Assembly (NCBI GenBank): GCA_964016885.1
Contig: OZ024741.1
Coordinates: 34,968,001 to 35,032,000 of the forward strand
Direction: 5' to 3'
Source of the DNA: Eledone cirrhosa
Taxonomy: Eukaryota
Length of the DNA stretch: 64,000 nt
Every line of letters begins with the position of its first letter. Within the stretch, counting starts at the first letter, position 1. Below, one piece after another: positions 52,755 through 64,000 of this stretch. The translations under genes were made by a program, and so were the position numbers. The notes beneath the pieces are model-generated. The model was not told the DNA's origin. It saw only the letters and a list, made by a program, of their open reading frames with translations, and ran no database searches.

Positions 52755-54109
52755 ATATTAGGTCAATAATAATATAAATATAGCGATGTTGTTTAGCTTT
52801 ATGTCAGCCCAGATCTATAAACAAAGACATTCCAAATAAGACCATGGCGTCTTTTTGTATATTCAGGATTATACTGTCCAATAAGTTCTCTTTATTAAGA
52901 CAATAGGTTATGATATAAAGGAAATTTGATTTGTGACCAACTGAAAAAAAGTCCTCCATTAGCCTTGTTCTGAGGAAAGTTATTTTAATCTATATCAATT
53001 TCTAGCCTCAGACATGCTGTCTCCTTCCTCTGCTTCATCTACCATTACTACAATTGTCTCTGCTCCCCAGAGCTTCATAGTGTCATGCCTCATTAACTAA
53101 GACACTTTGATGTATTTTTTTTATCTTTCGTTACCCATGTTGTGTCTAACTCACCTGATGTTGCACTAACCAGCATACCCCAAATGTTGACTCCCTGCAA
53201 ATCCTTCCTAAAAGAGTGGATTTGCAATCACTTAAACAGAATATCAACAGCATTGATTTCTTCAGTTCCAGAGGGGCTCTGAAGGCTATGGATACTGTCC
53301 CTTCCTTCAAACCTACCAAGTAAAAAAAAATCTTCTTAAAGATGAAATCTAAAATCTGAAGAAATTAGTAATGGTTTAACTCAGCAAAAAAGGAAATGAT
53401 TGAATAAATGAATAAATACAAGGGTCAGGGGAAAAGTTCATAGGTTGACTACGAAGGAAAGACAGAGCTATGAAATTTTGCATGCATTAATTTCAACTCT
53501 TATTAATAAATACATTGTTTCTTTCCAGGGACTATGTTGAAAAATAAATCTCATTTGGTCATTCCATGAGAGTATCTTGGTCAGCCGACCCTTGTAATAA
53601 TAATATATTCTAATTTAGGCACAAGGCTAGCTATTTTGAGGGAAGAGAAAATCAAACCCACTCTAGTACATTGTTTTATTGACCCCTAGAATGAAAGGCA
53701 AATTGACCTTATTCCATCTTATCTAATGTTAAATTTCTTCATAATTATCAACTTGGTTGCTTAAAAAAAGCAAAGCACTAACAGTTTTTAAAGATATTTT
53801 GCACATGTTGGGTGGAAAATGTCTTTATTTTTGGAAGGTACAGAATTTTTCACTTTCTGTCATATATAAATGAACCTGTCAGAAAACTGAAATTTTGCTA
53901 ATTTTCATTCAACTTGTGAAATATCTTCAGAATTATTCTCTAATAGATTCTACATGTGTTAGAATGGACAATGTTGAGATTTTTGAATGTGAAAAGTCAT
54001 CATTTTCAGGACTTTACATACCTGTTAAAAATTTGAGACTTTACCTTATTTTTTTCAACAATCATCAACTTATTGATCAATAATAACAATAGTAATAACA
54101 ATAATGATT

Positions 54110-54320
54110 TTTCTGATTTAGGCACAAGCCCAACAATTTTCAGGGAGGGGAAAGTCAATTAAATCAACCCCAGTGCTTGACTGATCCTTTATTCATCCAC
54201 CCTGTAAGGATGAAAGTCAAAACTAACCTCAGTGGGATTTGAACTCAGAACGTAAAGATACATAACTATATGCTGCAAGACATGATTGAGGCTCTACTGA
54301 TACTGCCAATCCACCACCCT
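54110..54320 (-). mobile_element. SINE family 2
   Basis: Homology to family 2 copies. Confidence 0.75.
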
Positions 54321-54339
54321 ATTAAGAAGAAAGAGGCAG

Positions 54340-57130
54340 AAGAGGATAAACCAGGAAATCTGAAAACCAGATGGAATCTTTGGTTAAAACAGTCCAGATA
54401 TGTAGCAGTGACATTAAGTATGCGATTTGGGATTTCCAAATGCTCTGTGCTCAATATGAAAAGAGGGGAAAACACAGCCTATGGTGGATTAACCCTTTAG
54501 CATTTACATTACTCTATATTTACTCTTATATTTTCAAAGTAAAGGCTTTATATCACATAATTATCTTACATCATATTGAAGCTATGATATTTTGATGTTA
54601 TTTATTTTGAGAACAATATCTTAACATCAGTATGAGCGGTCAGTTATGGTTGGTTTGACAGAAAGAGGTGAGAATTCTGGCCAAATATGGCCAGTTTAAA
54701 TGCTTAAGGGTTAAGGCTGCCATCAGGAAAAACCATGAGGAACTGAAAGATAGTGAATACAAGTATTTGGTGATTTTAGAAGTGGATGATATTTTAAATG
54801 GAGAAATGAAAGAAATGGTTCATCATCATCACCGTTTTACGTCCGTTCTTCCACGCTAGCATAGGTTTGACGGGTTGTCCTGTTGTGGGCAGTGTCTGGT
54901 CGGCTGACCATGCCTTGCTCATACAGGAACTGATTTGGCTTGATTTCTACAGCTGGATGCCCTTCCTAACACCAACCTCATTTACAGTGAGTGCCGGGTG
55001 CTTTTTCGTGGCGCCTACACGTCCACTTTACAGTGTGGGCTGGGTTCTTTTTTGCCATGGCACCTCCACGACCACCTTGCGGTGGGGGTTGTGGGGGCAT
55101 ATTGTCTATATGCTTCAGCTTGTACCCATGGGAGGTCGGGTACTCTGTATTACTGCGTGACGCCAGAGGTCACGGTCGTGTGTCATCGCCTTTGAGAGGT
55201 GTAATTGGGTAAGGTCGGCTTTTATCACCTCATCCCAGGTCATCTTGGGTCTCCCCACTCTGCGGTTTCCATCGACTTCTCGTGCTCTGCACCTTTTTAT
55301 GCAGCTGTCATCCTTCATACGCATCACATGTCCATACCAGCGCAACCGCCTCTCCTGCACACAGCATTTGATTCCTCTTATGCTCAGTCTCTCTCTCAAT
55401 TCATTTATGCTTTGTCGTTCACGTATATTACTGTTACACATCCATCGGAGCATGCAGGCTTCGTTTCTCTCTAATCTACGTAAGTCTTCCACCTTCAGCG
55501 CCCAGGTCTCACTACCATGCAACATTGCTGTTCGGATACATGCATCATACAGTCTGCCTTTCATTCTGAGGGAGAAGCCTTTTGCAGCTAGCAGTGGTAG
55601 TAGTTCCCTAAACTTCTTCCATCCCGTTCTTACCCTAGTTATTGTACTTTCTGAACACCCACCTCCGCTGCTAATTTGGTCACCTAGGTAGCAGAAGCTG
55701 TCTCTACAGAGCCCTCCAAGAGATTGGTGGTACTTGTTTCTTGTGGCTGTTTGCTGCTTGCTGTCCCAGCACAGCTGCTGCATGTGAAGCCTACATTCTT
55801 AATTAAGCTTCCTGAGATCCCGCTTCTTGTGTACCCATTGTTTGCATTTGGGGCAGAGAATGGAGTTCCTACCTACACCTTTCCTACATACTGAGCAAGG
55901 CCATTTCCCTGAGGGGATCTGGGTTCTGTTTTCTCGTCTACTTACAAGGACCTTAGTCTTTGTCATGTTGACTTTGAGACCCTTTCTTTCTAGTCCCTGC
56001 TTCCAAGTTTGGAATTTATTCTCTAGGGTTCTGTTTTCTCGTCTACTTACAAGAGAGACATATTTAAAAAGAGTAAAAATGATTTTAAAATCCAACCAGA
56101 ATGTGAGAAATCTGGTCACTGTAATGAATATCTGGGCTGTTGCAGTGGTTAGATATAGTGTGTTCATTCTCAGGTGGACTGAAGAAGAAATAGCAAAGTT
56201 GGATAGAAATGACATTGTATAGAGCTTTACACCCTAAAGCAAATATAAACAGATTGTACATGAAGAGAAAGAATGGTGGCAGAGGTCTCATAAGTGAGAT
56301 TATTGGATAATGAGTGAAAGGAGAATGCTTGCAGAATATTTGATAAACAGTGATGAAGAGTTGTTGCACTATGCAACAGAAGATATGGGTATAAATGCAG
56401 TAGAAATATTTTGTAAGGAAGAGTTTAACCAAAGAGGTGAAGAGAAAAGAATATATTCTGGAAATGAAAATGCAGAGGTAGTTTGAAAGAAATACACAGG
56501 ATATCAAATATAAAACAACATCATGGACAAGGTGATTTGAGCAAGGTGATTTGAAGTGTACTACTGAAAGCCTTAAAATTACAGCACAAGACCAAGCTTT
56601 TGTTACCAATTTGGTGAAATATAACATCTACAAAACTTTTGACACCCAGAATTAGACTGTAGAAAATGAAACCCACTTGGTTAGTGGATATGTGAGCCTT
56701 GTGCAAAAAGAATACAGTGCCATCTTGATTAAGTGTTTGTATCTTCATTGGCTGTTATGTCACAAATACCAATATGAAGCAATAGAGAATTGTAAAGTAA
56801 TGCAAATAGAAGGGAAATCAATGATATTTTGGGATTATGATTTCCAGGCTGATAGAGTAATTGAGTATTGCTGACCAGACATTGTTGTATTGAACAAGAA
56901 ATACAAATACTGTCGGATCATAGATGTAGCCATACCAAATGACATGAAAATTGGAAGTAAAGAGGTTGGAAAAAATCACCAAAGACTCCGAATTGAAAGT
57001 GGAGATGGCAAGACTGTTTGGAATGTGAGAGGGTAATGTGAAAATGATACCAGTTGTGATTGGGCCATTAGGGTCAATCCCATTGAAACTGCACACATTT
57101 TAAAGAAAGTATTATCTGCCTGGGGTACTT
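54340..57130 (+). mobile_element. Decayed R4/Dong-like (RLE) non-LTR retrotransposon, interrupted by a MITE and an RTE
   Basis: MRFGISKCSVL, EYKYLVILE, KRVKMILKS...WAVAVVRYS, LYMKRKNGGRGL, AQDQA, WDYDFQADRVI..PDIVV...IIDVAIP (RLE nuclease), IPVVIGPLG. Confidence 0.8.
54821..56053 (-). mobile_element. RTE family B, 5'-truncated, nested in the R4-like relic
   Basis: ORFs 55115..55783 and 55799..; near-identical to 61451-62670. Confidence 0.9.
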
Positions 57131-57433
57131 GACAGATGATTAAATACTCTAATGCATGATATAATAATAATTGTTTCTACTTTTGGCACAAGAATGATAA
57201 TGATAATAATAATTATTATTATCAACAGGGATTGATCTGCTCCAGATGTAATGCCTACTGGGAATAGCCCAAGTAGTGAGGAAGGTTCTGGACTACCAAC
57301 AATAGTGAAATGATAAGGAATATGACAAAGTTGGAGTTACCCTAGGTTACTAGCTATAGCCTGGTATTCCCTAAACTAACTGACCTAAAGCAACATCAAA
57401 GTTGGATATCATAAATAGTCAAATAACAATAAT

Positions 57434-57618
57434 TGTTTCTACTTTTGGCACAAGGCCAGCAACTACTCAGTGCATTACTGGTACTTTATTTTATCGACCC
57501 CATAAGGATGAAAGGCAAAGTTAACCTCGGCGGGATTTGAACTCAGAATGGCAAGGGCCGTAACTCTGTGTCAAAGCATGGCATGCGACCTTCTACCGAT
57601 ACTGCCAATCCACCACCC
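57434..57618 (-). mobile_element. SINE family 2 with TSD tcaaataacaataat
   Basis: Homology plus TSD at 57419-57433 and 57619-57633. Confidence 0.83.
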
Positions 57619-59709
57619 TCAAATAACAATAATAATGACATTGATAAAATAAGAAAAATTTGTCCTGGAGAGACATGAGTTAGGATGTTTTTTTTTTCCT
57701 GGGGGGTACGTGAGTTAGGATGTTTTGAGATGCCTTCTTTGATTTAAAAAAAAAGAAAAGAAGAACTGAGAAATAAGTTGTATCATTACTTTGAAGAAAA
57801 AAAAAAAATGCTCAAAACTCTGAAGAGAAATGTCTAATACATCTTTGCAGAAGAAAAAAAAACCTAAAATATCAGAAGTTGCTTCACCTTCCAATATACA
57901 AATGTATTTTGTTTTACTCAGTTCTATAGCTCCAAATAATTGTGTTTATGGGCTTAACCTTTTCATTACCATAATTCTCAAATAATTTTGAAAATAATCA
58001 AGAATTTGAAGGGATTTTGTAATATATCTAACTCTTTTGTTATTGTCTGGTGTTTGAAACATAAAGGTTCTTATATCAAATGATGGAGAATTTCTAGATA
58101 AATATAAATACTTTAAAATATACAACTTTGTATAATAGAACCACGGGCAATTTCAGGCAGTATGAAAAGGAGAGGCAAATAAAGTTTTTGTTTTGGCTAC
58201 TTTTTTGAAGAAGGATAATTTAGTTATGGGATCTAAGCTTATGAAGGTAAAACGAAAATGGCAACAGATAGTTTTAACCCTTTCCTTGATATATTTTTTT
58301 GATGAAATACATTACCTAGGATTATCAATTAATTTTGAAAATAATCAAGAATTTTGAGAGATTTATTAAAATAACAAAAATTATCATAAAGTAGGAGGCT
58401 GGAACATAGATTTTCTTACATAAAATTATGATGGAAAGTTTTTAGATTCACATAAACACTTTAAAATAGACAGTTTTGTATCAAATAAACAAGGGTGTTT
58501 TCAAGCTGTTCGGTATCAAAAGTGTTGTTAATTCTTTGCAGTTAGTCTTGCAAACATTCTCCATATGAGATAAAGTGTCTTCTATGAAAATAAATGGAGT
58601 AAAATATAAAAGTAAAAAAAAAAAAGACATCAACAAAATACTACTTAATTATTTCACAATTCCAAGATGGTAGATTAGCAGTATTGGTAGAGCACTGGAC
58701 AAAATGCCTTGCAGTATTTAGTTACAGTTATGTTCTGAGTTTGAATTCCACCAAGGTCAACTTTGCCTTTTGCCCTTCTAGGGTCAATAAAATACCAGTT
58801 AAATACTGGCGTTAATATAATTGGCTTTCCCCTTCTCCCAGATTACTGACCTTGTGCTAATGCTAGAATTATTTCACAACTCTACTTTGGAATAGAAACT
58901 CATTAGGAAAGGAGAAGGGCCAAAGATAACTTCTGGTGTGGAACAGGGTCTCAGTAGATAAGGAAGAGTTAAAACTAACAAACTACATTGATATACATAA
59001 TATTTGTCAAGCTGTAAAATGTTTACCTAACATAGTTGGAATTTAGTGCAATGTATATAGTAAGATATATCAACTGAGTTTTGTGTTTATAATAAGAGGG
59101 TGTACGTGACTATACTCTTGTTGATGCTCTTTATTTCGGCTTTCAGTTGCAGTTTATATAAGCATTGATCACATACTCGCACGTACTAACGAGGTGCATA
59201 TATAATTATGTTATTTATTTGTAGGCATCTCATATATGTAAGTGAATATCTATGTAAGTATAAATATATATGTATGTAAACACACACACATAGATATATA
59301 TATATCATAGATATATATTATAATATATATAATATAATATATATAATATAATATATAATATATATAATATAATATAATATATATAATATAATATATAATA
59401 TATATAATATAATATAATACATATAATATAATATATAAAATATATATAATATAATATAGTATATATAATATAATATATAAAATATATATAATATAATATA
59501 TATAATATAATATATGTAATATAATATATGTAATATAATATATAAAATATAATATATAAAATATATATAATATAATATATATAATATAATATATATAATA
59601 TAATATATAAAATATATATAATATAATATATACCAAATCAACTTTTCAAATGCAAGTCGAAGTTGAAAGGTATGTCGAATCTATCTATTTATAAGACTGT
59701 TTATATTGT

Positions 59710-59773
59710 ATTTTGTCTGAAGAAGGCATAACATATTTTTAATATGATATCCCTGAAATATATATAATGAAAT
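59710..59773 (+). ncRNA. Minimal hammerhead motif in a (TA)n-embedded pLTR-like fragment
   Basis: attttgt-CTGAAGA-[agg...catatt-ttt-aatatg...cct]-GAAA-TATATA-TA-atgaaat; AT-rich, so weaker. Confidence 0.55.
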
Positions 59774-59904
59774 AAATATGGTTTTATAAATATAATTTCC
59801 ATTTATTTAATATCGTAAATATACTCCAAATACTTGTTGAGTGCTTTTATATCAGTTATAAATATTTACTCGTTGTAACCCAACAATTTAAATAAAACTT
59901 TGCA

Positions 59905-60762
59905 TATAATATAAAATATATAATATAAAATATATAATATAAAATATATAATATAAAATATATAATATAATATATAAAATATAATATATATATATAATAT
60001 ATATAATATATATATATAATATATATATAATATATAATATATATATATAATATATATATATATAATATGTATATATATAATATATATATATATATAATAT
60101 ATATATATAATATATATATATATAATATATATATATAATATATATATATAATATATATATATAATATATATATATATAATATATATTTATAATATATATA
60201 TATATAATATATATTTATAATATATATATATATAATATATATATATAATATATATATATAATATATATATATATAATATATATTTATAATATATATATAT
60301 ATAATATATATATATAATATATATATAATATGTATATATATAATATATATATATATAATATATATATATAATATATATATATATAATATATATAATATAT
60401 ATATATATAATATATATATATAATATATATATATATAATATATATAATATATATATATATAATATATATAATATATATATATATAATATATATATATAAT
60501 ATATAATATATATATATATATATATATAATATATATAATATATATATATATAATATATATATATATATATAATATATATATATAATATATATATATATAA
60601 TATATAATATATAATATATATAATATATATATATATAATATATATATATATAATATATATAATATATAATATATAATATATATATATAATATATATAATA
60701 TATATATATATAATATATATATATAATATATATAATATATATATATATAATATATATATATA

Positions 60763-60813
<51 letters not shown>

Positions 60814-61225
60814 TATATAATATATATAATATATATAATATATATAATATATATAATATAATATATATATATATAATATATATAATATATATATATAATA
60901 TATATAATATATATAATATAATATATATATATATAATATATATAATATATATATATAATATATATAATATATATAATATATATATATAATATATATATAT
61001 AATATATATAATATATATATATATAATATATATTATAATATATATATATATAATATATATATAATATATATATATATATTTATATATATATATAATATAT
61101 AATATATATATATATATATATATAATATATAATATATATATAATATATATATATATTAATATATATATATATAATATATATAATATATATATATAATATA
61201 TATATATAATATATATATATATAAT

Positions 61226-61270
<45 letters not shown>

Positions 61271-61450
61271 ATATATATATATATATATATAATATATATA
61301 TATATAATATATATATATAATATATATATATATATATTATATATATATATAATATATATATAATATATATATATAATATATATATATTATATATATATAT
61401 ATATAATATATATATATATAATATATATATATAATATATATATATATATC
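59905..61450. repeat. (TA)n/(TAA) microsatellite
   Basis: Direct inspection. Confidence 0.95.
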
Positions 61451-62672
61451 TATGGTAGAACTAGAGAATAAATTCCAAACCTGGAAGCAGGGACTAGAGA
61501 GAAAGGGCCTCAAAGTCAACATGACAAAGACTAAGGTCCTTATAAGTAGACGAGAAAACAGAACCCAGATCCCCTCAGGGAAATGGCCTTGCTCAGTATG
61601 TAGGAAAGGTGTAGGTAGGAACTCCATTCTTTGCCCCAAATGCAAACAATGGGTACACAAGAGATGTAGCGGGATCTCAGGAAGCTTAATTAAGAATGTA
61701 GGATTCACATGCAGCAGCTGTGCTGAAACAGCAAGCAAACAGCCACAGGAAACAAGTACCACCAATCTCTGGGAGGGCCCTGTAGAAACAGTAGACAGCT
61801 TCTGCTACCTAGGTGACCGAATTAGCAACGGAGGTGGGTGCTCAGAAAGTACAATAACTAGGGTAAGAATGGGATGGAAGAAGTTTAGGGAACTACTACC
61901 ACTGCTAGCTGCAAAAGGCTTCTCCCTCAGAATGAAAGGCAGACTGTATGATGCGTGTATCCGAACAGCGATGTTGCATGGTAGTGAGACCTGGGCGCTG
62001 AAGGTGGAAGACTTACGTAGATTAGAGAGAAACGAAGCCTGCATGCTCCGATGGATGTGTAACAGTAATATACGTGAACGACAAAGCATAAATGAATTGA
62101 GAGAGAGACTGAGCATAAGAGGAATCAAATGCTGCGTGCAGGAGAGGCGGTTACGCTGGTATGGACATGTGATGCGTATGAAGGATGACAGCTGCATAAA
62201 AAGGTGCAGAGCACTAGAAGTTGATGGAAACCGCGGAGTGGGGAGACCCAAGATGACTTGGGATGAGGTGATAAAAGCCGACCTTACCCAACTACACCTC
62301 TCAAAGTCAATGACACACGACCGTGACTTCTGGCGTCACGCAGTAATACAGGGTACCCGACCTCCCATGGGTACATGCTGAAGCATATAAACAATATGCC
62401 CCCCCCCCCCACCGCAAGGTGGTCGTGGAGGTGCCACGGCAAAAAAGCACCCAGCCCACACTGTAAAGTGGACGTGTAGGCGCCACGAAAAAGCACCCAG
62501 CACTCACTGTAAATGAGGTTGGTGTTAGGAAGGGCATCCAGCTGTAGAAATCAAGCCAGATCAGTTCCTGTATGAGCAAGGCATGGTCAGCCGACCAGAC
62601 ACTGCCCACAACAGGACAACCCGTCTAACCCATGCTAGCGTGGAAGAACGGACGTAAAACGGTGATGATGAT
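61451..62672 (+). mobile_element. RTE-clade LINE (family B), 5'-truncated, inserted in (TA)n
   Basis: ORF 61452..62381 encodes the RT C-terminus with PHD-like insert; 3' tail ggacgtaaaacggtgatgatg. Confidence 0.92.
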
Positions 62673-63820
62673 ATATAATATATATATATAATATATATAT
62701 ATAATATATATATAATATATATATATAATATATATATATAATATATATATAATATATATATAATATATATATATAATATAATATATATAATATAAATATA
62801 TAATATATATATATAATTATATATATATAATTATATATAAGCAAAGAATCGATGTTACTTATTTGTAGGCATCTCATATATGTAAGTGACTATGTATGTA
62901 AGTATAAATATATATGTATGTAAACAGACTCACAGATATATAATATATATATATATATCTCATAGATATATAATATATACATATAATATAATATAATATA
63001 TATAATATAATATATGTAATATAATATAATATATATATATAATATAATATATATAATATAATGTATATATAATTATATATATATAATATATATATATACT
63101 ATATATATAATATATATATATAATATATATATATAATATATATATAAATATATAATATATATATATAATATATATATATATATAATATATATATATAATA
63201 TATATATTATATATAATATATATATATAATATATATATACATAATATATAATATATATAATATATATATAATATATATATAATATACATATATAATATAT
63301 ATATAATATATATATATAATATACATATATAATATATATATAATATATATATATAATATACATATATAATATATATATAATATATATATAATATATATAT
63401 AATATATATATATAATATAAATATATAATATATAATATATATATAATTATATATATATAATTATATATAAGCAAAGAATCGATGTGACTTATTTGTAGGC
63501 ATCTCATATATGTAAGTGACTATGTATGTAAGTATAAATATATATGTATGTAAACAGACTCACAGATATATATATATATATATATATCATAGATATATAA
63601 TATATACATATAATATAATATATATAATATAAAATATATAATATAATATAATATATATAATATAATATATATAATATAATATAATATATAATATAATATG
63701 TATAATATAATATATATAATATAATATATATATATAATGTATATATAATTATATATATATAATTATATATATATAATTATATATATATAATTATATATAT
63801 ATATAATATATATATATAAT

Positions 63821-63863
<43 letters not shown>

Positions 63864-64000
63864 TATAAATATATAATATATAATATATATATATATATAA
63901 TATATATATATATATAATATATAATATATATATAAATATATATATAATATGTATAATAATATACATATATAATTTATATATAATATATATATATAATATA
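62673..64000. repeat. TA-rich satellite containing a ~630-bp tandem duplication
   Basis: Unique core gcaaagaatcgatg...gtaggcatctcata at 62841 and 63471. Confidence 0.88.

Overview
AT-rich, repeat-dense animal DNA. The SINE/RTE/Penelope repertoire and long (TA)n tracts suggest an octopus or other cephalopod (inference). The one host gene I can support is an ADAMTS6/10-like secreted metalloprotease on the minus strand. I traced 17 phase-consistent GT-AG exons from 50711 down to 21314 (about 786 codons): prodomain, furin site, HEIGHNFGMQHD zinc site, disintegrin-like, TSP1, Cys-rich and most of the spacer. I did not find the signal-peptide exon or the 3' exons in this window. The rest is mobile DNA: three RTE-clade LINE families (two with a PHD-like finger inside the RT), Penelope-like elements (RT plus GIY-YIG), a nested R4/Dong-like relic, three tRNA-derived SINE families, several MITEs, and micro/minisatellites. 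The most notable unannotated signal is about 11 minimal type-I hammerhead ribozyme motifs in several unrelated repeat contexts. Two of them have a U3-A8 variant core. Several sit in non-coding, retrozyme-like 'tandem monomer plus inverted copy' elements flanked by (TA)n.
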